From assembly GCF_028858705.1 (NCBI RefSeq), contig NC_072878.1, positions 4,115,923 through 4,179,922 of the forward strand: 64,000 nucleotides of DNA, written 5' to 3'. Source of the DNA: Grus americana. Lineage: Eukaryota. The notes under the pieces were generated by a model, which saw nothing but the letters and a program-made list of their open reading frames with translations, was not told the DNA's origin and did not search any database. Below, one piece after another: positions 24,601 through 35,906 of this stretch; the stretch's first letter is position 1, and the number at the start of each line of letters is the position of its first letter. Both the position numbers and the translations under genes were made by a program.

Positions 24601-25300
24601 GCCCTGGAGGGGGCAGATTGTGCCCTTGGGGGTAGGTCCTGCCCGGTTGGGGGGGGGGGGGGGGGCAGATCCTGCCTGGGGGGGGCCGTGGGGGGTGTAA
24701 ATCCGGGCCCGTGGGGCGGGCCCCGATGGGCTGGGCCCTGCCCATCCTCGGGGCTGGGCGTGGGCAAAGGCTTTTCCGGGCTCTGCCCAACAGCGAGGTG
24801 TCCCGACCGGCGGCGAGGTGGTCTGCCCCACGGTGAGGTCTGCTGCCCCACACCCCCCTCCCCTCCCAGCCCCGGGGCAAACCTGCCTGCCCCACAGCAA
24901 GCTTTCCTACCCCACGGCAGGGTCCCCTGGCATCCCACCCTGTGGTGAGCTCCTCTGCCCTATGGCGAGGTCTTCTGCCCACCCCCCCCCAGTCACCTCA
25001 TCTGCCCCCATGGCAAACTTTTCCCACCCCATGCCAAAGCCTCCTACCCCACCATGAGCCCTATGGCGAGCCCTTGAGCCCCATTCCAGCAAGCTCATCC
25101 ACCCCACAGTGACGTCATCTGCAGCTTTTGGACCATGTGACAAGGTCTCCCACCCCACCATGAGCCCTGTGGTGAGGTGATCTGCCCCACAGAAAGCTTT
25201 TCCACTGTGTGGCAGGGTCTCCCACCCCACAGCGAGCCACAACAAGCTGTTCTGTCCCACAGCAAGGTCATCTACACCCTGGGAAGGTCCCCTGCCCCAC
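24600..25300. repeat. Intron-1 minisatellite built from degenerate copies of the exon-2 splice-acceptor motif (ctgccccacag[tc][ga]ag...)
   Basis: Repeated units such as ctgccccacggtgaggtctgc, ctgccccacagcaagctttcc, caccccacagtgacgtcatctgc, ccaccccacagcgagccac, ctgtcccacagcaaggtcatc. The last unit (cctgccccacagtgaagtctcttgccccATGG) is the real acceptor + ATG. Also (G)20 at 24641-24665. Confidence 0.6.
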
Positions 25301-25318
25301 AGTGAAGTCTCTTGCCCC

Positions 25319-25437
25319 ATGGAGGACCCTGTGATCCGCATACCGCCCTACCACTATGTCCATGTGCTGGACCTCAACAGCAACGTCACCCGCGTGGAGG
25401 TTGGGCCCCACACCTACATCCGGCAGGACCACGAGAG
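25319..25437 (+). CDS. MVP: MVP coding exon 1 (ATG; [40 protein letters not shown])
   Basis: Aligns to human MVP N-terminus ([42 protein letters not shown]). Donor AG|gtgggt at 25438. Confidence 0.9.
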
Positions 25438-25986
25438 GTGGGTGCTATGAGGCAGGTGGGCCCCTGTAGGTTGAGGGGGTCCGGTTCCTACATCTGGCAG
25501 GACCAAAAAAAGGTGGGTGCTATGGGACAGGAGGGGATCTATAGGATGATGGGTCCCACCGCTGTGTCTGGCAGGACTACAAAATGTGGCTGCTATGGGG
25601 CAGGGGGTAGATTTATATGGCTATAGGGTGACCTAGATTTATAGGTGCATGGGGTCTCTGTGGGGGTGTTTGGGGGGCTCTGTAGGGCCACGAGAGGCTT
25701 GAGAAGATCTGGGGGACCGTTGGCACTCTTTAGGGCTGTGGGGAATGCTTGGGGGCTCTTTAGGACTATGGGGACTCTATGGGCCTGGGCAGCATTGGGG
25801 TTGTTTAGGGCCATGGGGGTTTTGGGGGGCTCTGCAGAGGCTCTCTCTAGGGTCACATGGATTCCATAAAGCTGTAGAAGGCCATAGGAGGGCTGTGGGG
25901 CTCTATAGGACTGGGGGACTTGATGGGTTCTGTAGGGCCCTGGGGGCTCTATAGGGCCGAGGGGAGCAATGCGGGGCCGCCCGCAG

Positions 25987-26182
25987 GGTGGTGTTTGCCC
26001 CTAGGCGCATGGTGATGGTGCCCCCCCGGCACTACTGCGTGGTGCTCAACCCTGTGGCCCGGGGCCCTACGGGGGCCGTGCTGGTCGATGGAGCAGGGCA
26101 GGCTCGTCTGCGGCACGCCGACCTCGATATCCGCCTGGCCCAGGAGCCCTTCCCCCTATACCCTGGCGAGGAGATCCAGCAG
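25987..26182 (+). CDS. MVP: MVP coding exon 2 ([23 protein letters not shown]...[26 protein letters not shown])
   Basis: Acceptor cccgcag|G. Donor CAG|gtacct. Homologous to human VLFAPMRMVTVPPRHYC...[23 protein letters not shown]. Confidence 0.9.
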
Positions 26183-26189
26183 GTACCTG

Positions 26190-26815
26190 TAGCCCCCTAT
26201 AGCAGCTTTGGTGCTCCCTATAGCTCCTCTAGCCCCACCATGTTCCCCTACAGGCTCCATAACCTCTCTGTAACCCACCACTGTAGTGTTCCATGGCCAC
26301 CCATAGCTCCTCTAATCCGTCCGTCATCTCTCACAGTTCCTATAGCCCATATAGCTCCCTTTGCACCCCCTGTTGCTCCTGTAGCCTCCCCCACGGCCTC
26401 CTATAGCCCCCAGCGTGTCATCCCTGTTCCTGCTCTGATCTTGTGTACCTGTTCCCAAAGTGTCCCCGCATCCTCAGGCTGTCCCCCATATCCCCCACCA
26501 CAAAAACCTGTGTCCCAGTTCCCACAGTTTCACTCCCCATGTCCCCTGCCATCGCTCCTGTATCGCCCTATACCCCCACAGCCCTGTCATGATGCCCATG
26601 TCCCCACATCCCCCATGGTGACCCTCCAGATGCATTCCTATGTCCTGCACAATGACCCCCATGACCCCCACATCTCCTGCCATGCCACCTGCATCCCCAG
26701 TGTCCCCAAGGTATCTCCCAAAGTGCCCCGGCACCCCTCGTCGCCACGTCGTCCGGATCTCCACTGTGACACCCATGTCCCCAGGGGATTCTCCCTCAAC
26801 CCCATGTCCACATGT
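26190..26815. repeat. MVP intron-2 GC-rich minisatellite (ccatgtcccc / cctatagctcc type units)
   Basis: Repeated ccatgtcccc, ccctatagc(tc)cc, cccacatc units across the whole intron. Confidence 0.5.
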
Positions 26816-26821
26816 CCCTAG

Positions 26822-26945
26822 GACATCACCCCACTGCAGGTGGTGCTGGCTGACACTGCCCTGCGCCTGCGGGCCCTGCTTGATTTCAAGGATGAGGATG
26901 GAAACAAGTTCGTGGCAGGAGATGAGTGGCTCTTCGAGGGTCCCG
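26822..26945 (+). CDS. MVP: MVP coding exon 3 ([42 protein letters not shown])
   Basis: Acceptor ccctag|GAC. Donor CCC G|gtgagc. Confidence 0.9.
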
Positions 26946-27019
26946 GTGAGCAGGGGGGAGCACCTCCTTTAGGGGGCATCCTGGGGGACCCATGGGCTGA
27001 CAATGCCACCTGCCCACAG

Positions 27020-27151
27020 GCACCTACATCCCCCGCAAAGAGGTGGAGGTAGCTGAGACGCTGCAGGCCACTGTCATTGGGCACAACCAGGCCATCCGCC
27101 TGCGAGCACGCAAGGAGTGCCTCGACCGCTATGGCACCCGTCGTGTCACAG
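27020..27151 (+). CDS. MVP: MVP coding exon 4 ([44 protein letters not shown])
   Basis: Acceptor cccacag|GC. Donor ACA G|gtagca. Confidence 0.9.
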
Positions 27152-27658
27152 GTAGCACCCAGTGACACCCCGGTGGCCTCCCAGGTTCAGCCCTTGCTCA
27201 GTGGCTTTGGTGTCAGCTGGCAGTATTGCCCTGTACCATTGGTGCTACCCCTCAGCACCCATGGGACACACCCCTTTGTTGCCTGAAAGCACCCTTGGGA
27301 CACCCTGTGCCACCCCACCCCCTACCTCTGGGACCCTTTTCTCACCCTCCAGCACCTCTGAGACCCCTGTGTCACCCTCTAGCACCCATGGGAGCTCCAT
27401 GTCATCTGACAGCACCCCTGGGGCCTACAGCACCCCCATCCCATCCTCTGGGACTCGTGGGACCCCCAGTACTCCCTTCCTACCCCACAACATTCCCAGG
27501 ACCCCTGTCCCATCCCTCAGTGCCCCAGGATCCCCAACTCTCCCATCCCACCCTCCATAACTACCCTCCCACCTCAGCACCCCTGGGACTCCCAGTCCCT
27601 TCCTCACGGCAAGCACCCCAGCATCCTCAGCTCCCTCAGCACCCATCACCCTGCTCCA

Positions 27659-27753
27659 GGTGAGGAGTGGCTAGTGAAGCAGGTGGGCGCTTACTTGCCT
27701 GGTGTCTACGAGGAGGTGGTGGACGTTGTGGATGCCTACATCCTCACTGACAA
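27659..27753 (+). CDS. MVP: MVP coding exon 5 ([31 protein letters not shown])
   Basis: Acceptor ctccag|GT. Donor AAG|gtactg. Confidence 0.9.
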
Positions 27754-27759
27754 GGTACT

Positions 27760-28355
27760 GGGAATCCTAACTGTTGCCTCCTTGGTGCCCACGGGTGATG
27801 AGGTCCTTCTGGGCCGGGTGTGTGGGTCCTGTGTCCATATTCCCTTGCACCCATGGGTGACTGGAACCCTCCAGGATGGGTGAAGGGCCCCATCACCCCC
27901 TGATCCACCACGACCCTGCCCCTTGTGCCTGTGGGTGACAAGGACCCTTGGGGGGGGCTGGGGATCCCTCCAAGCCACTGTGCTCCAGTGACCCCTGCAC
28001 CCATGGGTGACGGGGACCCTCCAGCATGGATGTGGGGTATCATCACCCCCCAACCCATCACATCCCTGTCCTGGCTGCACCCACAGGTGGTGAGTGCCCT
28101 TCATAGACTCCCATCTTCCCTGCCCCCCACCATGTCACCATCCTTGCTGCACCCATGTGTGACAAGGACCTTCCAGGGGGTTGTACCCCCTCCACCCACC
28201 CCATCCCTGTCCCCCTGCACCCACAGGTATGAGGTCCCTCAGTGGTAGGTTTGGGGGTCCCATCACCCTACCTCCCTGCACCTGTGGGTGACAAGGCCCG
28301 TTGGGGCCAGCTTTGCTTGTTCCATCACCCACCACATCCCCGCATGTCTCCCACT
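27760..28355. repeat. MVP intron-5 minisatellite (about 60-bp unit ccctgcacccatgggtgac[aa/gg]ggaccct(tc)cag...)
   Basis: Units at 27835, 27975, 28075, 28140, 28195 and 28270 each contain tgcacccatgggtgacaaggacc or a variant. Confidence 0.55.
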
Positions 28356-28360
28356 TGCAG

Positions 28361-28597
28361 AAAGCCCTGCACCTGAGGGCAACACGGACCTTTGAGGACG
28401 AGCAGGGCCGGGTGCGGCGCACAGGCGAGGAGTGGCTGGTGACCCAGGCGCAGAGCGAGGCCTACATCCCGGAGGTGTTTGAGGAGGTGGTGGCCGAGGT
28501 GGCGGTGACAACGCTGGGCCCCCGGCAGTACTGCGTGGTGCTTGACCCTGTGGGGCCCAGTGGGCAGCCCCAGCTGGGCCAGCAGCGTGTTGTCAAG
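28361..28597 (+). CDS. MVP: MVP coding exon 6 ([79 protein letters not shown])
   Basis: Acceptor cttgcag|AAA. Donor AAG|gtgggc. Confidence 0.9.
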
Positions 28598-28599
28598 GT

Positions 28600-29335
28600 G
28601 GGCACCCAAGGGTGGCCCCTGGGGACCTAATGTAGCCTTAGCTTGCCCATAGGTATCAAAGGTAGTCCTGGGGGACCCTAAGATGTGTGATGTACCACTA
28701 TTGTGTCACTGCCCCCTAAGGTGCCCTGAGAGACCCAAATGTGGCTGCCAGGACCTCAGGTGTCTCTGAGGGAACCTCATGTATGCACAGGTGTCCCCGA
28801 AAGTCTCAAGGGTGGCCCCAAGGGACCTCAATTACCCCTGAGGTGTCCCTAAAAGTCCCTAAGGCATCCCTGAGGGATCCTAACATACCTTTGAGGTGAC
28901 CCCAAGGGTCCCTAAGGTGACCTGAGGGCCCCAGGGGCCACAGGTGGCCCTGACATACTTAAACACATCCCCAAAGATCATAAAGGTGGTCTCAAGGGAC
29001 CCGAAGACACGTACATTAGCCCTGATGTCTTGCTGAGGGACCCTAAGCTTCCATAGGAACCCATGGGTGGCTACCAGGAACCAGAAGTTGGCCCTAACAT
29101 ACCTGTAGACACCCCTGAAGGTCTTGAAGGTGGCCCATGGGGACCCAAAGACATCCCTGAGGGACCCTAATGCACCCATGTCCCTGCTCCGAGTCCCACC
29201 ACGTCCTGCTGTCCTTCCCTCCTGTCCCCCATGTGTCTGTGCCCCTACTTCATGTCCCACCATGTCCCCATGCTCTGCCCTGTGTCCCCACCACTTTGCC
29301 AAACCCCTGTCCTGCTGGTGACTTGTCCTTGTGTC
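28600..29335. repeat. MVP intron-6 minisatellite (about 24-bp unit ccctgagggaccctaa[gc]nt[gt]...cc)
   Basis: Many units, e.g. gtcctgggggaccctaagatgtgtg, gtgccctgagagacccaaatgtggct, gtccctaaaagtccctaaggcatccctgagggatcctaacatacc. Confidence 0.55.
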
Positions 29336-29340
29336 CCCAG

Positions 29341-29466
29341 GGGGAGAAGTCCTTCTTTCTGCAGCCGGGTGAGCAGCTCCAGGCTGGCATCCAAGATGTC
29401 TATGTGCTCTCTGAGGACGAGGGGCTGCTGCTCCAGGCGCTCCAGACCATCAAGGACACCAATGAG
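29341..29466 (+). CDS. MVP: MVP coding exon 7 ([42 protein letters not shown])
   Basis: Acceptor tccccag|GGG. Donor GAG|gtggcc. Confidence 0.9.
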
Positions 29467-29943
29467 GTGGCCCAGGGGACACCTGGGGTTTCAGGATCCC
29501 CCGGGGGTACCTGGGAGAAGCTGGAGGGGGTCCAGGGAGCCTGGGATGACTGGGGCAACCAGGAGTGGTTGGGGGACAAAGGGGAAAGCTGGGGGTGACC
29601 CAGGAGTGGTTGGCAGTCATGGAGGATAGCTGGGGCCCCGGGGAGAGTTGGGGTATGTAAGGGACTCCTGGGGAATTATGGAGGCCCCAGGGGACACATA
29701 GGGGGACTCCTGTCCTCATCTCTGTGTCCCCAAGCCAGGTGGGTAGGAGAGCACCATGGGAGGAGTCCCACACTGTCCCCGAGCTGAGGGACTATAGGGA
29801 GGGTGTCCCTGACTCCATGTCTTCAGGTCGGTGGGTGGCAGAGGGGCATGGGGGAATGTCTCTGTCCCCATGTCCCTATCCAGGGGGTGGTAGGGGTCCC
29901 TGCATCCCCAGGCCAGTCGCTGATGCCATCCCCGCATTCCCAG

Positions 29944-30102
29944 GAGGGGACGGAGGTGATGCGGCGGGCAGGTGACCGCTGGCTGGCCCGGGGCCCCCTC
30001 GAGTACGTGCCACCGGCCGAGGTGACCGTGCTGGAGCGACGCCAGGCCGTGGCCCTTGCTGACAATGAGGGTATCTACGTGCGAGACATCCGCACTGGCA
30101 AG
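29944..30102 (+). CDS. MVP: MVP coding exon 8 ([53 protein letters not shown])
   Basis: Acceptor attcccag|GAG. Donor AAG|gtgccc. Confidence 0.85.
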
Positions 30103-30104
30103 GT

Positions 30105-31140
30105 GCCCGCCGCGGCTCCCCATAGCTCCCCTGGAGCCCCTTGTATCCCCCTATAGCTCTCTGCTGGCCCTTAAAGCTCCCCTGGAGCTCCTTGTGTCCC
30201 CCCATAGCCCTCTGCTGGCCCTTGTAGCTCCCCATAGCTCCTTTATAGCCTCCTCAGTGGCTCCCCATAGCTCCGCTGCTGCTCCCTGTAGCTCCCCCAG
30301 TTCCCTATAGTTTTCCATAGACTTCTAGAGCTCCCCTGCAGCCCTCTATAGCTCTCTATAGACTACCTATAGCTCCTCATAGCCCCCTGTAATGCTCCAT
30401 AGCCCCGCCCCAAACCCCTACAGCTCACCCACAGGCCTCTATAGCATCCCACAGGCCCCGTAGATCCCTGCAGCTCACCCATAACCCCTATAGCGCCCCA
30501 ACCCCACTACAGCCCCCCGTAGCTTCCCATAAGCCATATAGCCCCCCAGGGTTCCCTGTAATGCTTATAACTCCCCATAACTCCTGTAGCCCACCATAAT
30601 TATGCAATCCCCTGTAGTCTCCCATACCCCCCTTCCCAGTGTTCCCCCTTCCCATGCCAGTATTCCACATTCCCCTACTGCCCCATAACCCCTCCAGTAC
30701 CCCCAGCTCCCTCCCAGTCCTCCCAGTATCCATATAGCCCATCCCAGTATCCCCCCACTGCCTCCCAGTGCTCCCACTATTCCATGTATCTCATCCTAGT
30801 GCCCCCCCCAAACGCAGTCGCAGTCTCCCAGCCCCCCTCTCACTGTCTCCAGATACCCCTCCACCTCATCCCAGTTCTCCCAGTACCCAATATACCTGCT
30901 TCAAACCCCATCCCAGTGCTCCTAGTATCCCTTATACCTTTCCGAGTGCCTCCACACACCCTCCATAGCCCCTCACAGTGCTCCCAGTAATCCCCACCCC
31001 CTCTCCCAGTATCCCACACACCTCTTCCCAGCATTCCTGAACCACATTCAAGTGATTCTATTGCCCCCCAAGCCCCCTCCCGCTTACCCCCAGACACCCC
31101 CTTCCAGCACTCCCAAGCTCCCAGTGGCCATCCCACCCTG
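30105..31140. repeat. MVP intron-8 minisatellites: (YCCATAGCTCC)n followed by (CCCAGTRYYCC)n
   Basis: ccatagctcccctggagcccc / ctatagctctctgctggccc / ccatagctcc... then tcccagtgctccc / atcccagtatcc repeated to 31140. Confidence 0.6.
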
Positions 31141-31169
31141 GCAGCACCCTGAGGTGGCTCTGGGTGCAG

Positions 31170-31420
31170 GTGCGGGTGGTGACAGGCCAGACCTACATGC
31201 TGACGGAGGCCGAGGAGCTGTGGGAGAAGGACCTGTCCCCTGGGGTGGAGGCGCTGCTGGCTGAAGCCCGTGGAGACACCCGCAGCGTGGATGCCGGGGT
31301 CCGTTCCTCCTCCAGCCTGGACGTTGGGGTCCCCCAACGTGACCGCACCCGTGCAGTCACCTACCAGGTGCCGCACAATGCCGCCGTGCAGGTCTACGAC
31401 TACCGTGAGCGGCGGGCACG
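31170..31420 (+). CDS. MVP: MVP coding exon 9 (VRVVTGQTYMLTEAEELWEKDLSPGVEALLAEARGDTRSVDAGVRSSSSLDVGVPQRDRTRAVTYQVPHNAAVQVYDYRERRA-R)
   Basis: Acceptor ggtgcag|GTG. Donor CG|gtaagc. Confidence 0.9.
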
Positions 31421-31584
31421 GTAAGCACCCACGGTTCAGGGCACAGGGGAGAAGAGACATGGGGGGGAATGGAGGATGTGGTGGATGGAGGTGGGGGTGT
31501 AGGGGGAAGGTATGGGGATGGAGGGGGCACAGAGGAGGGTGCTGGGCATCAGGGTGCAGGTGATGTTGCTGTGACCCCTGTGCT

Positions 31585-31800
31585 GTGGTGTGTTCCTTGG
31601 CATGTGACCAGTCTTGTTGGCATGTCTGTGGCCAGCTGATGCTGGGCCCAGAGCTGGTGGTGCTGGGCCCTGGGGAGCAGGTGATGGTGTGGGGACTGGT
31701 GTGTCCTTGGCATGTGACCCACGTCCTTCATGTGTTTTTGGCATGTCACAGAGTGATGCTGGGTATAGAGTTGGTCGTGTAGGGCCCTGGGGAGCAAGTG
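31585..31800 (+). repeat. Two degenerate duplicates of the 5' part of MVP exon 10 (pseudo-exons) inside intron 9; a third at 33470-33600
   Basis: gatgctgggcccagagctggtggtgctgggccctggggagcaggtgatggtgtggggactggtgtgtccttggcatgtgacc ([21 protein letters not shown]) and tgatgctgggtatagagttggtcgtgtagggccctggggagcaagtggag, compared with the real exon 10 ggtggtgctgggccccgagctggtggtgctgggccccggggagcagctgacggtcctgtcc. Confidence 0.6.
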
Positions 31801-31939
31801 GAGAGACTCTTGTGTCCCACCATATCGTCTGTACAAGTCACACTCAGCAATCCTGGGCTCCAGAGAGCAGAATGAAAGTCTGGAGCAAGGAAGACGTGCC
31901 CTTGTTTGAAGATGTTGAGGTTAAAGAACACTCTAGCAA

Positions 31940-33345
31940 GTGTATAGGTCCATGAGCCCTGATAGGATGCAACTATGAGTGCTGAAGGAGCTGGCTGACG
32001 TCATTGCGAGGCCACTCTTGATAATCTTTGATCAATCATGGTGAGTGGGAGAAGTGTCCAAAGGCTAGAAAGGTCACCCTCATCTTCCAGAAGGACAAGA
32101 AGGAGGACCCAGGGAGCTACAGGCTGATAAGCCTCACCTTAGTCTCTGGGAAACTGATGGAGCAGCTCATCCTGGAAACTATTTCCAGGCATAGGAAGGA
32201 CAAGAAGATCATCAAGAGCAGTCAGCATGAATTCACAAAGGGGAAATCACATTGATCAACCTGCTAAATGCCTCTGATGAAATGACTGGGTTTGTAGATG
32301 AGGGGAGAGCAGCGGCTATTGTCTACCTTCGACACTGTCTCCCACGAGGTCTCATAGAGAAGCTGGATGATCAGTGAGGTGGACTGAAAACTGGCTGAAT
32401 GGCCAGGCCCAGAGCGTGGTGATCAGTGGCATGAGGTCTAGTTGGAGGACAGTGGCAGCGTACCCCAGGGGTGTATATTGGGTCCAGTGCTGTTTAACAT
32501 CTTCATTAATGATCTGGATCATGGGGCAGAGTGTGCCCTCAGCAAGTTTGAAGGTGACACCAAACTGGGAGGAGTTGCTGAGATGCCAGAATGTCGTGCT
32601 GCCATCCTGAGGGATCTCAACAAGGCTGGAGAAATGGGCTGACAGGAACCTCATCAAGATCAACAAGGGGAGGTGCAAAGTCCTGCAGCTGGGGAGGAGC
32701 AACCCCAGGCACCAAGACATGCTAGGGAACAATGTGCTGGAAAGCAGCTCAGCAGAAAAGGACTCGGGGGTCCGGATGGACACCAAGTTGACCATGAGCC
32801 AGCAGTGTGCCCTTGCCAAAAAGGGTCAATGGTATCCTGGGCTGCGTTAGGAGTGTTACCACCAGGTGGGAGAATTGATCCTGCCCCTCAGCACTGGTGA
32901 GGCCCCACCTGGAGGGCTGTGTCCCCAGTACAAGACAGACGAGGACACACTGGCCTGAGTCCAATGAAGGCCTGCAAACATGATGAAGGGATTGGAGCAT
33001 CTCTCCTGTGAGGAAAGGCTGAGAGAGCTGGGACTGTTCGACCTGGAGAAGAGAAGGCTCAGGGGGATCCTATCAATGTAGATAAATAACTAAAGAGAGA
33101 GTGCAGAGAGGACGGAGCCCGGCTCTTCTCAGTGGTGCCCAGTGACAGGACCAGAGGCCATGGGCACACACTGGAACACAGGAGGGTGCCTCTGAACATC
33201 AGGAAACACTTTTTGACTGTGAGGGTGACTGAGCACTGGCTCAGGTTGCCCAGGGAGGCGGTGGAGTCTCCATCCTTCAACAGACTTGAAATCTGACTAG
33301 ACATGGCCCTGGGCAACCAGCTCTAGGTGGACCTGCTTGAGCAGG
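31940..33345 (+). mobile_element. CR1 fragment (RT + 3' UTR, older subfamily) within MVP intron 9
   Basis: Frames 32028-32255 (...KVTLIFQKDKKEDPGSYRLISLTLVSGKLMEQLIL...) and 32442-32642 (VPQGCILGPVLFNIFINDLDHGAECALSKFEGDTKLGGV). 3' tail like the copy at 18760-19490. Confidence 0.75.
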
Positions 33346-33660
33346 AGGTTGGACCATATGATTGTCAGGTGTCCCTCCACACCTCAGCCATGCTGTGACC
33401 CTATCATCCTGTAGTTCTGTGATATCTCCTTGGTGCATCCTTGTGACCTTGGTCCTTGGCACGTCACAAGATGGTGTTGGGCACCTACATGTCACAGCAC
33501 GTCCTTGGTCCGGCAGGATGGCTGTAGGCCCCGTGGGGCAGGTGATGATGTTGGGACCAGCACGTGGTGGCTTGTCCTTGGCGTGTTCTGTGCCCTTCCT
33601 GTGCAGAGGAGCGCTCCCGCTGCGTTACCTGGCCATCGACACGCTCTTGCCCTGTTGCAG

Positions 33661-33858
33661 GGTGGTGCTGGGCCCCGAGCTGGTGGTGCTGGGCCCCGGG
33701 GAGCAGCTGACGGTCCTGTCCCTCTCGGCGGGGCGCCCCAAGCGTCCCCACGCCCGCCGCAGCCTCTGCCTCCGCCTTGGCCCTGACTTCTGTGCTGACA
33801 TCGTCACCATCGAGACAGCCGACCATGCCCGGCTCCAGCTCCAGCTGGCCTACAACTG
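33661..33858 (+). CDS. MVP: MVP coding exon 10 ([66 protein letters not shown])
   Basis: Acceptor tgttgcag|G. Donor TG|gtgggt. Almost identical to human [66 protein letters not shown]. Confidence 0.9.
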
Positions 33859-34204
33859 GTGGGTGGGGCCTTGGGGGGGCGGGGTACCAGCCATGGGGGC
33901 AGGGCTGGGGGTGGGGTCTGGTGTTATGGGCAGGGCTGGGCAAGGGGGTGTGGCAGCATGGGTGGGGCTGGGTGAGTGGGTGTGGCCTCAGGCTTGGGGT
34001 GGGGTCAGGCTGCATGGGCAGGGCTAGGCAAGGGGGTGTGGCCTGGGTCTTGAAAGCAGGGCACTGTGGGGGCAGGGCATGGTCTACAGCCAGGAGGTGG
34101 GGCCAACTTTGGGACAAGGTGGGGCTATGGCAGTGGGCGGGACCAAGGTAGGCATGGCCTGGGGTGGGCGAGGCCTGAGGGTGGCTCACCCCCATCCCCC
34201 ATAG

Positions 34205-34343
34205 GCACTTCGAGGTGCCTGAGGACCCCAAGGCCCTGGGGCGCCTCTTCAGTGTCCCCGACTTCGTGGGCGACGCCTGCAAGGCCCTGGCCTCCCGCGT
34301 GCGTGGCGCTGTGGCGGCCGTCACCTTCGATGACTTCCACAAG
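34205..34343 (+). CDS. MVP: MVP coding exon 11 ([46 protein letters not shown])
   Basis: Acceptor cccatag|G. Donor AAG|gtctcc. Confidence 0.9.
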
Positions 34344-34717
34344 GTCTCCTCGGTTGCCCCCATGTCCCCCCACCACACCCCCTCGGTCATGCACGAGTGC
34401 CCCCACTCTCACCCACATCTCCCACTGGTGCCCTGGGTCACCCCGTGTCTCCCTCCATGTCACCCCATGTCTCCCCGGGTCCCCGATGTCCCCTTGCGTC
34501 CCTGATGTTCTGTTGAGTCCTTGATGTCCTCTTGCATCCCCGATGTCCCCAGGTGTCTTGCCATATCCCTGATGTCCCAAGAACTCAAAGAGGTTGACCT
34601 GCTCAGGCTTGTCTGGCTTTGATGAAGCTCTGTGTGTTCCCCAGTATCCTCCCATGTCCCCAGTGCCCCAACATCCTCAATGTTCTCAAGTGTCTCACAT
34701 GTCTCTGCTGTCGCCAG

Positions 34718-34929
34718 AACTCCAATCGTCTCATCTGCTCGGCCGTGTTTGGCTTTGATGAGGGTGGGCGGCTGCGGGAGCAGCTCCGCTTTGCCCCCAA
34801 CGGGCTGGTGGTGACGAGCGTTGACATCCAGAGCGTGGAGCCCGTGGACCAGCGCACCCGCGATGCCCTGCAGCGCAGTGTCCAGCTAGCCATCGAGATC
34901 GCCACCAACTCCCAGGAGGCTGCCGCCAG
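34718..34929 (+). CDS. MVP: MVP coding exon 12 ([71 protein letters not shown])
   Basis: Acceptor tcgccag|AAC. Donor AG|gtgccc. Confidence 0.9.
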
Positions 34930-35378
34930 GTGCCCATGTCCCCCCATATCACCTCACATCCCACCGGGTCCCTCCTGTGTCCCCCTGTGTCCCTCCAGCA
35001 CACCTTCCAGATGGAGATCAACATAGCGCTAACTCCAGGAGGCCACTGCCAGGTCTCTGTGCCCTTTGCATCCCCAAATGTCCCTCCAAGTGCCCCATGC
35101 CCTACGATGTCCCTTATGTCCCCCCATATCCTCCAGTGGTTCCTCACATATCCCCCTATGTCCCATGTTGCCATATTCCCTTCTGTCCCTCTGTGACCCC
35201 CCCCCGCCATATCCCTCGTGTCCCTAAATGTCCCCTACATCTCCCCTATCCTCAACGTGCCCAGGATCTCCCCCGTGTCCCCGCCATGCCCCACAACCCT
35301 GGTGTCTCCCAGCTCCCCTAGCATCCCCCCTGCACCCTGTGTCCCCCGTGCCTCTCACCCCTCTGTCCCTGTCCCCAG

Positions 35379-35495
35379 GCACGAGGCAGAGCGGCTGGCG
35401 CAGGAGGCCCGGGGACGTCTGGAGCGGCAGCGACTCCTGGACCAGGCGGAGGCCGAGCGGGCGCGCAGAGCGCTGCTGGAGCTCGAGGCCCTCAG
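35379..35495 (+). CDS. MVP: MVP coding exon 13 ([39 protein letters not shown])
   Basis: Acceptor gtccccag|G. Donor CTC AG|gtcggc. Confidence 0.85.
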
Positions 35496-35654
35496 GTCGG
35501 CCATCTTCCCAGCATGCACTGCTGGGGGGCGTCCGCTGGGGGCTTCTGCCAGCCTGGGGGCAGCGGGGAGCCCTGCCCTTCCCGGGGGGGGGATCGTGGG
35601 GCAGGCTGGGTGGAGCCCGAGGTGGGCGTGGCCGTGACTCTGCTTCCCCCGCAG

Positions 35655-35781
35655 CGCGGCAGTGGAGAGCGCGGGGGCGGCCCGGGCGGAAGCACAGGCC
35701 CGGGCGGAGGCCGCCCGCATCGAGGGCGAAGCCGCCATCCTCCAGGCCAAGCTGAAGGCTGAGGCCATCGCCATAGAAACG
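35655..35781 (+). CDS. MVP: MVP coding exon 14 ([42 protein letters not shown])
   Basis: Acceptor ccccgcag|C. Donor ACG|gtgcgg. Confidence 0.85.
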
Positions 35782-35906
35782 GTGCGGGGGGAGGGGCTGG
35801 CAGGGGCAAGGCCCGCCCTGGGGGAGGTGTCCCCGTGCCAGCCCTGCCCTCTGGGAGGCCGAGCCGTGGGGTGGGGGGCGTGTCCCAACGGTGTCCCCGC
35901 TCCCAG

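Noticed and set aside
23461-24938. Very long ORFs (369 aa, 292 aa, 208 aa) across the MVP promoter/intron-1 region, and 324-aa ORF at 35492-36466 (minus)
   Set aside because: These are proline/glycine/arginine-rich low-complexity translations typical of >70% GC DNA where stop codons are rare. They are antisense to or out of frame with the real MVP exons and have no homolog-like sequence.
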